A stretch of 64,000 nucleotides of DNA from the NCBI GenBank assembly GCA_035536275.1, contig DATLOL010000168.1, positions 19,179 to 83,178 on the forward strand, written 5' to 3'. The stretch is from Thermoanaerobaculia bacterium (GTDB lineage Bacteria; Acidobacteriota; Thermoanaerobaculia; Gp7-AA8). Both the position numbers and the translations under genes were made by a program. The notes under the pieces were generated by a model. It ran no database searches, had not been told where the DNA came from, and saw nothing but the letters and a program-made list of their open reading frames with translations. This document shows positions 35,192 through 44,264 of this stretch, one piece after another (position 1 is the stretch's first letter; every line of letters begins with the position of its first letter).

Positions 35192-36136
35192 ATGCGCGCC
35201 ATCGTCGTCAATCCCGACCACTCCCTCTCCGTCGCCGACGTCCCGCCTCCGCCCCTCGGCGCACGTGATCTGCGGATCGATGTGCGCGCCACAGCAGTGA
35301 ATCGCGCGGACCTGCTGCAACGCGCCGGCAAGTACCCGCCGCCACCCGGCGCGTCGGAGATCCTCGGGCTCGAATGCGCGGGCGTCGTCTCCGATGTGGG
35401 CGCGGAGGTGAGCGAATGGCGCGTGGGCGATCGTGCGATGGCGCTGCTCGCCGGTGGCGGGTACGCGGAGGACGTGGTCGTTGACGCCGGATCGGCGATG
35501 CACGTCCCCGATCAGCTGTCCGACGAGGAGGCGGCGGCAGTACCGGAGGTCTTTCTCACCGCCTTCCTCAATCTCTTTCTGCTCGCGCGATTGCAGGAAG
35601 GCGAGTCGGTGCTGATCCACGGCGGCGGCAGCGGCGTGGGCACGGCAGCGACGACGCTGGCGAAGCTCGCCGAGGCGCGCGTGCTCGTCACCGCCGGATC
35701 CGCGGAAAAGTGCGCGCAGTGTCTCGCCCACGGCGCCGACGTGGCCATCAACTACCGCGAGGAGGACTTCGTCGAGAAAGCGCGCGGCGTGAACGTGATT
35801 CTCGATCACATCGGCGCACGCTATCTGCCCCGCGACCTGGAGGCGCTGGCGACGGGCGGCCGGATCGTCGTCATCGGCTCGATGGGCGGCGAGCGCGTCG
35901 CCGAGGTCGACGTCGTCAAGCTCCTCGGCAAGCGCGCGCAGATCATCGGCTCGACCCTTCGCTCACGCAGCGTCGAGGACAAAGCGGCGATCGTCGCCGC
36001 GTTCGTGGAGCGTTTCGCGTCGCGGGTGAAGCCGGTCGTACACGCGGTGCTGCCCCTCGAGCGCGCGGAGGAGGCTCACCGGATGATGGCGTCGAGCGAG
36101 CACTTCGGAAAGATCGTGCTCTCAGTGGCGCGCTGA
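35192..36136 (+). CDS. NAD(P)H:quinone oxidoreductase (zeta-crystallin/PIG3 family MDR)
   Basis: V.A.A.NRADL.QR.G.YPPPPG.S.ILGLE.AG.V and GG.SGVG.AA. No catalytic zinc ligands are present. Confidence 0.9.
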   Translation: MRAIVVNPDHSLSVADVPPPPLGARDLRIDVRATAVNRADLLQRAGKYPPPPGASEILGLECAGVVSDVGAEVSEWRVGDRAMALLAGGGYAEDVVVDAGSAMHVPDQLSDEEAAAVPEVFLTAFLNLFLLARLQEGESVLIHGGGSGVGTAATTLAKLAEARVLVTAGSAEKCAQCLAHGADVAINYREEDFVEKARGVNVILDHIGARYLPRDLEALATGGRIVVIGSMGGERVAEVDVVKLLGKRAQIIGSTLRSRSVEDKAAIVAAFVERFASRVKPVVHAVLPLERAEEAHRMMASSEHFGKIVLSVAR

Positions 36137-37312
36137 TCTTCGCCGCGGTACCTCAGGAGGCCGCGGCGCCGCGCTCACCGCGGCCAGGGCATCGAGTCGC
36201 GGGAACGTCAACCCGTTGCGGGCATCGACCATCGGCTTGCCGGTACGTCGCAGCAGCTCGGTGAGGAAATCGGCCGACAGTCCGTGGCCGCTCACCTGCC
36301 GGATCAGCAGGATCGTGCCGGCGACGTGCGGCGTCGCCATCGACGTGCCGGTGAACGTCGTTGTGCCGCCGCCGCGGCGGCTGGCGGTAATCAACGAGCC
36401 GGGCGCGACGATGTCCATCGACGCGCTGCTGTTCGTGTACGACGTTATCGTGTCGGCGCTATCGGGCGTGGCGCCGACGCCGAGGACTTCGTCCATGCAG
36501 GCGGGCAACCACATCGAATCCGTGTCTCCGTCGTTGCCTGTGCACGCAGCAATGAGAACGCCGCGCTGGCGCAGCCTCGCGATGACCGGCTGCAGCCCGA
36601 GGGCGACCGCGCCACCGGTGCACTGCGCGGGCGTGTAGTGCGCGGACGAGCCGAGACTCATGTTGATGACGTCGACCTCGGGATGGCTGTCCTCGATCCA
36701 CTTCAACCCATCGAAGATCTGCTTGAATGTGCGGAAGCGGTTCACGGAGTCCATCACCTTCACCGCCACGATGGTCGCCGCCGGCGCCATTCCCGCCGCG
36801 GCATCCGCGCCGCCACCTGCACCGATTGAGCTCACGTGCGTGCCGTGCCCGTGATCGTCCTCCGCCGAGCCCGGCCCGGAGAGCTGCTTCGCGCCGCCGG
36901 GACAGCATCCCGTGCCGTCGAGGTTGTCGCAGAAGCACTGCTCCGCGACGATGCGTCCCGCAAAGTCGGGATGATCGGTGTCGATCCCCGTGTCGAGGAC
37001 GGCAATGGTCTGCCCACGGCCGTCAACACCCTGAATGCGCAGCACGTCGGCGCCGACGCGGGTGATGCTTTCGGTCAGCCCACCCTGTCCGCCCTCATCG
37101 ATCGAGACCGCGAGGACGCGCGGGTCGCGGCGCAGCGCGTCGAGCTCCGCGCGCTCCACCTCCATCGAGTAGACGTCGGTGTCGCCCCAGCGCTCGCCTT
37201 TCGCTGCGGCGGCGCCGTCGAACGCGACGACCACGCGGACGCGGTCGGCGCGAAGAGGAAGGACGAGAAAGAGAAGGACCAGGAGCGCGCGCACGCGCTC
37301 ATTCTCGCCCAA
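36122..37312 (-). CDS. Secreted S8 (subtilisin-family) serine peptidase
   Basis: Catalytic triad blocks DTGID.DHPDF, HGTHVSS and GTSMATPHVAG, plus a signal peptide. Confidence 0.9.
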   Translation of the reverse strand: MGENERVRALLVLLFLVLPLRADRVRVVVAFDGAAAAKGERWGDTDVYSMEVERAELDALRRDPRVLAVSIDEGGQGGLTESITRVGADVLRIQGVDGRGQTIAVLDTGIDTDHPDFAGRIVAEQCFCDNLDGTGCCPGGAKQLSGPGSAEDDHGHGTHVSSIGAGGGADAAAGMAPAATIVAVKVMDSVNRFRTFKQIFDGLKWIEDSHPEVDVINMSLGSSAHYTPAQCTGGAVALGLQPVIARLRQRGVLIAACTGNDGDTDSMWLPACMDEVLGVGATPDSADTITSYTNSSASMDIVAPGSLITASRRGGGTTTFTGTSMATPHVAGTILLIRQVSGHGLSADFLTELLRRTGKPMVDARNGLTFPRLDALAAVSAAPRPPEVPRRRSARH

Positions 37313-37811
37313 ACGCGAAGAGTCCGATCTTCGCGTCGATCAGAACGCCCTCGCCTTCCTTCTTCCGCAGCCACTCGCGCAGCTCTTCGCGGGGGACGGC
37401 GTGCACGGTGATGTTCTCGCCACCCACGCCTCCGCCCTCGCCGTGTTTGCGCACGCCGCGGGCGCGATACAGGCTCACGATCTCCGAGGTGATGCCGGGG
37501 GAGGTCGGTCCGCGGAAGAGCAGTTCGACGGAGTCGCAGGTGTAGCCGGTCTCCTCCTCGAGCTCCTTCTTCGCCGACTCCGCCGGATCGGTGGGGCCGT
37601 CCTTCTCATCGCCGACCAGCCCCGCCGCGAAGTCGATCACGCGCTTGCCGACGGGCTTGCGATGCTGCTCGGTGAGCACGATCTCGCCGCGGTCCGTTTC
37701 CGCGACCACGGCCACGGCTTCGGTGGCGAACTTGCGCTCGACGTACTGCCAGCCGTCGCGCTCTTTGACGAGGAGGTGGTCACCTTCGAAGATGGTCGTT
37801 GTTCGTGTCAT
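37299..37811 (-). CDS. NUDIX hydrolase (ADP-ribose pyrophosphatase-like)
   Basis: Nudix box GLVGDE......AKKELEEETGY. The ATG at 37809-37811 lies inside a family C repeat arm (gtgtCATcccgagc). Confidence 0.8.
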   Translation of the reverse strand: MTRTTTIFEGDHLLVKERDGWQYVERKFATEAVAVVAETDRGEIVLTEQHRKPVGKRVIDFAAGLVGDEKDGPTDPAESAKKELEEETGYTCDSVELLFRGPTSPGITSEIVSLYRARGVRKHGEGGGVGGENITVHAVPREELREWLRKKEGEGVLIDAKIGLFAFGRE

Positions 37812-37875
37812 CCCGAGCGAAGTCGAGGGATCCCCTGCTACCTGGGGGATGCCTCGATTTCGCTCGGCATGACAC
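37805..37875. repeat. Palindromic element, family C
   Basis: gtgtcatcccgagcgaagtcgagggatcccc ... gggggatgcctcgatttcgctcggcatgacac. Confidence 0.9.
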
Positions 37876-37884
37876 CCTTCCAAC

Positions 37885-38934
37885 TCAGAACAGCGAAGCT
37901 TGTGCCGTCCTGCGCCGGAAGTGCTCCGTGGAGAGCTGGCGGTCTTCCTCGTTCAGGCCCAGCTTGCGGCAGGTGACGTCGAACAGCGCTTCCAACTGAT
38001 CGGCGAAGACCCCCGTGCCTCGGCCGCGCACGCCCCACTGGGCGTCGTAGAGCTTTCCGTCGCGGAGCTCGCGCACGCGGTTCAGCACCTTGTCCTTGCG
38101 ATCGGGGAAGTGCTCTTCCAGCCACTTCTCGAACAGCGGCGCGACCGCCCATGGCAGTCGCAGGGCGACGTAGCCCGCCCATTTCGCGCCGGCCTCGCGC
38201 GCCGCTTTGAGGATGTTCGGCATCTCGTGATCGGTGATCGCGGGCACGACCGGCGCGACCATCACTCCGACCGGTACGCCGGCGTCGGCGAGCCTGGCCA
38301 CGGCCTCGAGGCGCAGTTCCGGCGTCGAGGTGCGCGGCTCCATGGTCCGCTGCAGGGAGTTGTCGAGGGTGGTGATGGAGATGAAGACGCGCGCGGCGTT
38401 GAACGACGCGAGCTCGGCCAGCACGTCGGCGTCGCGCGTGACTAGGTGGTTCTTGGTGATGACGCCGACGGGATTGCGGAAATCGGCCAGCACCTCCAGG
38501 CAGCCGCGGGTCAGGCCGAGACGGCGCTCGATGGGCTGGTAGGGATCGGTGACGCCGCTGATGGCGAGCACCTTCGGCTCCCAGTTTTTGGCGTTCAACT
38601 CTTCACGGAGGAGAGTCGGCGCGTCCTCCTTGACCATGATCTTCGTCTCGAAATCAAGGCCCGCGGAAAAGCCGAGGTACTCGTGCGTGGGACGCGCGAA
38701 ACAGTAGATGCAGCCGTGCTCGCAGCCGCGGTACGGATTGATGGAGGCGTCGAAGCCGACGTCGGGACTGTCGTTGGTGGCGATGATGGTGCGGGTGGGG
38801 TCGCGCAGGTACATCGTGCCCGGAGTCTCGTCCGGATCGAGAGGAGCCTCCTCGTCGCGGACGTACTCCAGTTTTTCGAAGCGGTTCTGCGGGTTCCACG
38901 AGGCGCCGCGGCCTTTAATCATCGGGGAGAGCAT
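37885..38934 (-). CDS. Radical SAM protein, PA0069-like family
   Basis: NRF........ and YRGCEHGCIYCFAR (CxxxCxxC cluster). Start taken at MLSPMIKGRG (38934). An alternative start at 38982 runs into the tandem array. Confidence 0.85.
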   Translation of the reverse strand: MLSPMIKGRGASWNPQNRFEKLEYVRDEEAPLDPDETPGTMYLRDPTRTIIATNDSPDVGFDASINPYRGCEHGCIYCFARPTHEYLGFSAGLDFETKIMVKEDAPTLLREELNAKNWEPKVLAISGVTDPYQPIERRLGLTRGCLEVLADFRNPVGVITKNHLVTRDADVLAELASFNAARVFISITTLDNSLQRTMEPRTSTPELRLEAVARLADAGVPVGVMVAPVVPAITDHEMPNILKAAREAGAKWAGYVALRLPWAVAPLFEKWLEEHFPDRKDKVLNRVRELRDGKLYDAQWGVRGRGTGVFADQLEALFDVTCRKLGLNEEDRQLSTEHFRRRTAQASLF

Positions 38935-38965
38935 ATCGGGGGGCGCGGACTCTCCACCCTGTAGA

Positions 38966-39175
38966 GCGGACCGCAAATCCACGGGCGCGGATCTCGTATC
39001 CGCGGGAACGGATCACGTATCCGTCGGCGCGGATCGCGTATCCGTCGGCGCGGATCGCGTATCCGTCGGCGCGGATCGCATATCCGTCGGCGCGGATCGC
39101 GTATCCGTCGGCGCGGATCGCGTATCCGCGAGTGCGGATCGCCTGTCCGCGGGCGCGAATCGGGGGTCCGAACCA
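38966..39175. repeat. Tandem array of about 10 x 21-bp units (core GCGGATCGCGTATCCGTCGGC), each unit internally palindromic (CGGAT-N5-ATCCG)
   Basis: Units start at 38966, 38987, 39008, 39029, 39050, 39071, 39092, 39113, 39134 and 39155. The central four to five units are identical or differ by 1 nt, and the edge units are degenerate. Confidence 0.9.
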
Positions 39176-39184
39176 CCAAATATG

Positions 39185-40402
39185 TCACAAAGACGTCATC
39201 CTCCGCAGTTCCCGCGCGCGCACCGCCGTCACCGCCACCACCAGCAGGGTCATGCACCCGCCGAAGATCACGCTCGGCACGACGCCCATCAGGCGCGCCG
39301 CCACCCCCGACTCGAACGCGCCGATCTCGTTCGACGCGCCGATGAAGATCTGGTTCACCGCCGACACCCGTCCCATCATCTGCTCCGGCGTCCGCATCTG
39401 CAGCAGCGTGCTCCGGATGACCACGCTCACGTTGTCGCACACGCCGCTCACGAACAGCACCGCGAACGACAGCCACAGGTTCCGCGACAACGCGAACGCG
39501 ATCATGCAGACCCCGAACGCCGCCACCGACGCGAACAGCGCGAAGCCCGCGCGCCGCATCTCCGGCCGGTGGGCGATGACCATCCCCGTGACGATCGATC
39601 CCGCCGCCGGTGCCGCGCGCAACAGACCCAACCCTTCCGGCCCCGCATTCAACAGATCGGCAAACGCCGGCAGCAGTGCCACCGCGCCGCCGAAGAGCAC
39701 CGCAAACAGGTCGAGCGTCATCGCGCCGAGGAGCACGGGGTCGCGCCAGACGAATCGGATGCCGCTCTGCAGCGACTCGCCGAGGGGCATGTCCGGCGGC
39801 TGCGGCGTGACGCGATGCTCGACCGACGCGATTGCCGCGAGCGACAACGCCATCACCACCACCACGACGATGTACGCCAGCGTTGGCCCTTTGAATCCGT
39901 ACAGCAACCCCCCCATGGCCGGACCCGCGACCGCCGCGAGATGCCACGTCGAGGTCCGCCACGCCACCGCGTTCGCATACAGCTCGCGCGGCACCACCTC
40001 GGCCGACAACGCGAACACCGCCGGCCGCATGAAGCTCCGCGCCGTCGCGCTCAGCGCCACGACCAGGTACACCGGCCAGACCCGCTCCCGTGTGATCGCG
40101 CCGGGCGTCACCGTCAGCACGAGCAGCGCGACCGCGGAGAGCACGAGAGCCATCGTTCCGCCGATCGCGAGCGCGCGCCGCTCCGTGCGATCGGCCACGT
40201 GCCCCGCATACAGCGCGATGCCGATGTACGGCAGCGCCTCGGCGAGCCCGATCAGCCCCAGCGTCAGCGGATCACGAGTAAGCGCAAACACCTGCCAGCC
40301 GACGACGACGATCTGCGCCTCGCGCGCGAGAGTCAGCGCTCCGTGGGAGAGAAGCAGGCGGCGAAAGTCGGGGAGGCGCAGCGTCGCGTACGGCGAAGGC
40401 AC
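39185..40402 (-). CDS. MFS transporter
   Basis: 12 predicted hydrophobic helices and the motif G...DR..RR between TM2 and TM3 (GHVADRTERR). GTG start. Confidence 0.85.
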   Translation of the reverse strand: MPSPYATLRLPDFRRLLLSHGALTLAREAQIVVVGWQVFALTRDPLTLGLIGLAEALPYIGIALYAGHVADRTERRALAIGGTMALVLSAVALLVLTVTPGAITRERVWPVYLVVALSATARSFMRPAVFALSAEVVPRELYANAVAWRTSTWHLAAVAGPAMGGLLYGFKGPTLAYIVVVVVMALSLAAIASVEHRVTPQPPDMPLGESLQSGIRFVWRDPVLLGAMTLDLFAVLFGGAVALLPAFADLLNAGPEGLGLLRAAPAAGSIVTGMVIAHRPEMRRAGFALFASVAAFGVCMIAFALSRNLWLSFAVLFVSGVCDNVSVVIRSTLLQMRTPEQMMGRVSAVNQIFIGASNEIGAFESGVAARLMGVVPSVIFGGCMTLLVVAVTAVRARELRRMTSL

Positions 40403-40427
40403 AGTTTCCTTATACTGCCGGTACGGA

Positions 40428-41042
40428 ATGCAGCGAGAGGAGAAATCGGAGCGTAGCCAACACGCCGTGCTCGACGCCGCGCTCCACCTCTTCGCGTCGC
40501 AGGGTTACCGCGCCACGACCATGCGTGAGATCGCGGACGAAGCGGGCGTCTCCACCGGCAACGTCTACCATCACTTCCCCGACAAAGAGACGATCTTCCG
40601 CGAGCTGATCGACGAGTATTTCGCCATCGCCGACACGCAGCGTTTCCCCTTCCGCCGGGCCCTGGCGTCTCTCTCCAACTTCCCCGACAACATCGAGCAG
40701 CTCGGCTACGCGGCCCGCGAGTCCATCGAGCAGTTCCGCGATTACAACCTGCTCATCTACGTCGACGTCATCGAGTTCGGCGGCACGCACATCCAGAAGT
40801 TCTACGGCGAGATGGCCGAACGCTTCACGCGCATGTTCGAGGAGCACGGGGTGGAGGAGATCCGCGCCAAGCTGCGCCCGAACGTCTCCCCGACCTCGGC
40901 GCTCCTGCTCACCACGCGAATGTTCTTCAACTACTTCTCCGTGGAGATCCTGTTCGGTGTCAAGGCGCCGTTCGGCAAGGACTCGACCGAGGTGGTGAAG
41001 GAGATCGCGGACATCATCCGCAACGGCGTGTGCGCGCGCTGA
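40428..41042 (+). CDS. TetR/AcrR family transcriptional regulator (divergent from the MFS gene)
   Basis: HTH: ..LDAAL.LFA..GY..TTMREIA.EAGVS.GN.YHHF..KE.IF. It lies only 25 nt from the MFS start. Confidence 0.85.
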   Translation: MQREEKSERSQHAVLDAALHLFASQGYRATTMREIADEAGVSTGNVYHHFPDKETIFRELIDEYFAIADTQRFPFRRALASLSNFPDNIEQLGYAARESIEQFRDYNLLIYVDVIEFGGTHIQKFYGEMAERFTRMFEEHGVEEIRAKLRPNVSPTSALLLTTRMFFNYFSVEILFGVKAPFGKDSTEVVKEIADIIRNGVCAR

Positions 41043-41049
41043 TTCGCGC

Positions 41050-41132
41050 GTTGTCGGTTGTCGGTTGTCAGTTGTCTGTGGCTCTCCGCCTGGCCGAAAT
41101 CCACAGACAACCGACAACTGACAACTGATAAC
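41050..41132. repeat. Palindromic element, family A
   Basis: gttgtcggttgtcggttgtcagttgtctgtgg ... ccacagacaaccgacaactgacaactgataac. Confidence 0.9.
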
Positions 41133-41141
41133 GTTCGCATC

Positions 41142-43781
41142 ATGCGACTCGCACTCATCCTCCTCATCGCGACCACCGCATTCGCGCAGAACGACCCCGA
41201 GTACACCGAAGCGATCCGCAAAAACACCACCGAGCCCCGCTTCATGACGGAGCTCGTCGATCACCTTCCCGCCTCCGCCACCGTTCCCACGCCTCTGAAG
41301 TTCCACGGCTACATCGCCGGGCAGGAAGGGAAGCTCACCTACGCCGAGGACGTGTACCGCTACATGCGGGCGCTGGAGGCGGCGTCACCGCGGGTGAAGG
41401 TGTTCTCGATCGGGCAGACCGAGGAGGGACGCGAGTTCATCGTCGTCGCGATTGCGAACGAGGAGACCATCGCCAATCTCGATCGCTACCGCGACATCAA
41501 CCGGCGCCTCGCCGATCCGCGCAAGATCAGCGACGAGGAAGCGCGGGCGCTCATCGCGCAGGGCAAGCCGATGTACTACGCGACCGGCGCGATGCACTCG
41601 CCGGAAACCGGCAGTCCCGAAATGCTGATGGAGCTCGCGTACCGCCTGGCCGTCGAGGAGACGCCGTTCATCCAGGCCATCCGCGACAACGTGATCACGT
41701 TGATCACCCCCGTCCTCGAAGTGGACGGCCGCAATCGCCAGGTCGATCTCTGGCGCTGGCGCGAGGCCAACAAGGGCGTGCCCACCCCGCCGCTCATCTA
41801 CTGGGGCAAGTATGTCGCCCATGACAACAATCGCGACCAGATCGGCATGGCCCTCGCGCTGAGCAGGAACGCGATGAAGGTCTACTACGACTTCCATCCG
41901 CAGGTGATGCACGACCTGCACGAGTCGGTGCCGTTCCTCTACATCTCCACGGGCACGGGCCCGTTCAATCCCGCGCTCGATCCGCTGATGATCGACGAGT
42001 GGCATCGCATGGGCTTCCACGAGATGGACGAGCTCACGCGACGCGGACTGCCGGGCGTGTGGCTGCACGGCTTCTGGGACGGCTGGGCGCCGAACTATCT
42101 GTTCTGGCTCGGCGCCGGACGCAACACCGTCGCGCGCTTTTACGAGACCTACGGCAACCGCTGGCCCACGACCGAGCGCCGCGTCGTGCGAGGTCAGAGC
42201 GAGCGCGCCTGGTTCCGGCAGAATCCTGCGCTGCCCGAGGTGCGCTGGTCGCTGCGAAACAACGTCAACTATCAGCAGTCGGGCGTGTTGTTCGCGCTGA
42301 ACGACATGGCCCGCAATCGGGAGCGTTTCCTCGAGCGCTACTGGACAATGGGCAAGCGCGCGGTCGGCAAGGCGGCGAACGAGGGGCCGGCGGCGTGGGT
42401 GATCGATGCGGGACAAAAGCGCCAATCGCAGGTGCGCGATCTCCTGACGCTCCTCGACCGCCACGGCATCGAGATCCACACCGCGGATGAGGCGTTCTCA
42501 CTCACCACCAATTGGCCGCCGCCGGTGAAAGCCGACAAAGACAAGAAGCCCGAACCGGTGAAGTTCGCGAAGGGCTCGTACATCGTGCGCATGGATCAGC
42601 CCTACTCGCGTCTCGCGGACACACTTCTCGACGTGCAGTACGTGCGCGGCGAAGAGCGCGTGTACGACGACACCGGCTGGACCCTCGGATACCTCTTCAA
42701 CGTCGACGTCAAACGCGTCGTGAATCCGGACGTGCTGAAGGTGAAGATGCGCGCGTCTGGTGGAGCGGCCGCCGCTCCACAGGCATCCGAGGTCGCTCAT
42801 TACCGCGAGTGGTTCGCGAATCCAGCCAACAAAAAGCCGCGCATCGCCCTGATGCACACCTGGTTCACGACCCAGGACGAGGGGTGGTGGCGCCTTGCGC
42901 TGGAGTCGATGGGCGTGCCGTACGACTACGTGTCGACGCAGGACGTCTCGGCCATGGCCAACCTCCGCGAAAAGTACGACGTCATCCTTTTCCCGCCGGT
43001 GAGCTCGCGCGTGACCCCGCAGGACATCGTCAACGGCTACCCGGCTGGACCACCCCTCCCGTGGAAGAAGACCGACCTCACCCCGAACCTCGGCGGCCCC
43101 GACGAGACCGACGACATGCGTCCCGGCCTCGGCCTGACCGGCGTCGCGAACCTGCAGCGCTTCGTCGAGGACGGCGGCCTCCTCGTCACGGCGCGCGACA
43201 CGTCGGTGTGGGCGATCCAGTACGGACTCGCGCGCTGGGTGCGCACGGTCGACACTCCGAAGCTCAAGGCGCCGGGCACGATCGTGCGCGGCGCGGTGAC
43301 GGCGAAGGATCATCCGATCGCGAAGGGCTACGACGAGACCCTGCCCCTGTACTTCTCCGGCGGCCCGGTCTTCCGCGTCGGCCTGCGCGACGATCGCGAT
43401 ACGCCCGAGACGCGCCCCAGCGGCCGCGGAGGCAAGGACGACCCCGACATCCCGCAGGGCCGCGCGTTCGTGCCGACGCCAGAGCGTCCGAAGCCGGAAC
43501 CGTTCGGCACCCCCGAAGACGCGCCGTGGAGCTCCGAGCACCTCATGCCGCAGGAAGCGGATCGCCCGAAGATCGTGATGTCCTTCGCGGAAAAGGATCT
43601 GCTCCTCTCGGGCATGCTCGAAGGCGCGGACGAGATCTCCGGCAAACCGGTCGTGATCGACGTCCCCCGCGGCAAAGGCCACGTCATCCTGATGTCGACC
43701 AACCCGATGTGGCGCATGAACACGCCGGGGCTGTACGGCATCGTGATGAACGCGATCGTGGAGATGGCGCCCGCGCCCTGA
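41142..43781 (+). CDS. Secreted M14-family (carboxypeptidase-like) metallopeptidase, large
   Basis: Signal peptide ..TTAFAQ and a zinc motif region GAMHSPETGSPE (HxxE). There is a long C-terminal extension. Start at MRLALILL. Confidence 0.75.
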   Translation: MRLALILLIATTAFAQNDPEYTEAIRKNTTEPRFMTELVDHLPASATVPTPLKFHGYIAGQEGKLTYAEDVYRYMRALEAASPRVKVFSIGQTEEGREFIVVAIANEETIANLDRYRDINRRLADPRKISDEEARALIAQGKPMYYATGAMHSPETGSPEMLMELAYRLAVEETPFIQAIRDNVITLITPVLEVDGRNRQVDLWRWREANKGVPTPPLIYWGKYVAHDNNRDQIGMALALSRNAMKVYYDFHPQVMHDLHESVPFLYISTGTGPFNPALDPLMIDEWHRMGFHEMDELTRRGLPGVWLHGFWDGWAPNYLFWLGAGRNTVARFYETYGNRWPTTERRVVRGQSERAWFRQNPALPEVRWSLRNNVNYQQSGVLFALNDMARNRERFLERYWTMGKRAVGKAANEGPAAWVIDAGQKRQSQVRDLLTLLDRHGIEIHTADEAFSLTTNWPPPVKADKDKKPEPVKFAKGSYIVRMDQPYSRLADTLLDVQYVRGEERVYDDTGWTLGYLFNVDVKRVVNPDVLKVKMRASGGAAAAPQASEVAHYREWFANPANKKPRIALMHTWFTTQDEGWWRLALESMGVPYDYVSTQDVSAMANLREKYDVILFPPVSSRVTPQDIVNGYPAGPPLPWKKTDLTPNLGGPDETDDMRPGLGLTGVANLQRFVEDGGLLVTARDTSVWAIQYGLARWVRTVDTPKLKAPGTIVRGAVTAKDHPIAKGYDETLPLYFSGGPVFRVGLRDDRDTPETRPSGRGGKDDPDIPQGRAFVPTPERPKPEPFGTPEDAPWSSEHLMPQEADRPKIVMSFAEKDLLLSGMLEGADEISGKPVVIDVPRGKGHVILMSTNPMWRMNTPGLYGIVMNAIVEMAPAP

Positions 43782-43794
43782 CGGGCGTTGAATT

Positions 43795-43880
43795 GTTGTC
43801 GGTTGTCAGTTGTCGGTTATCTGCGGTGCGTGGCCTGGAACCGAGGCACCGCAGACAACTGACAACTGACAACCGACAAC
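43795..43880. repeat. Palindromic element, family A
   Basis: gttgtcggttgtcagttgtcggttatctgcggtg ... caccgcagacaactgacaactgacaaccgacaac. Confidence 0.9.
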
Positions 43881-43892
43881 ACCGGATTAAGT

Positions 43893-44264
43893 ATGAGCAC
43901 GATCTTCATCGTCGTCTTCGCGCTCGGGGTGCTCCTCGTGCTGGCGACCTTTCTCAGCAAGGCGGGGCAGTTGTCGCGTGCCCTCCGCGGCTTCGCGTAC
44001 CGGCCCGTCGAGATCCGGGTGTGGGGGCAGCCGATTCCGGGGGCCCGGCAGATCCACTCGATCCGCACGATCGTTGCGGGTCTGCACCTCTTCATCACCT
44101 GCGAGGACGGCTCGACGCACGATCTGAAAGTCGCGCAGCCGCGCGATGCCAGCGTCGGCGAAGATGCGGCGGAGATTCGGGAAGCGGCTTACGTGCAGTG
44201 GGCGAAACGAAAGCTGCCGCGCGCCGCGGGAGTGCCCGCCGTGACGCTCAGTTGTCGTAGCTGA
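43893..44264 (+). CDS. Hypothetical protein with N-terminal TM anchor
   Basis: ATG start, one hydrophobic helix (IFIVVFALGVLLVLATFL) and acceptable GC3. No family is recognised. Confidence 0.4.
   Translation: MSTIFIVVFALGVLLVLATFLSKAGQLSRALRGFAYRPVEIRVWGQPIPGARQIHSIRTIVAGLHLFITCEDGSTHDLKVAQPRDASVGEDAAEIREAAYVQWAKRKLPRAAGVPAVTLSCRS

Noticed and set aside
38966-39175. Possible CRISPR array, because of regularly spaced ~21-bp repeats.
   Set aside because: The units are contiguous with no unique spacers between them. The unit length is shorter than typical CRISPR repeats. No cas genes or leader are present in the window. I call it a tandem (iteron-like) repeat instead.
38708-40456. 582-aa plus-strand ORF with striking VSVGADR heptad repeats, which looks like a repeat protein.
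   Set aside because: The heptads are simply the 21-bp tandem array read in frame. The remainder is antisense to a well-supported MFS transporter and is Arg/His/Pro-rich, which is typical of high-GC shadow ORFs.
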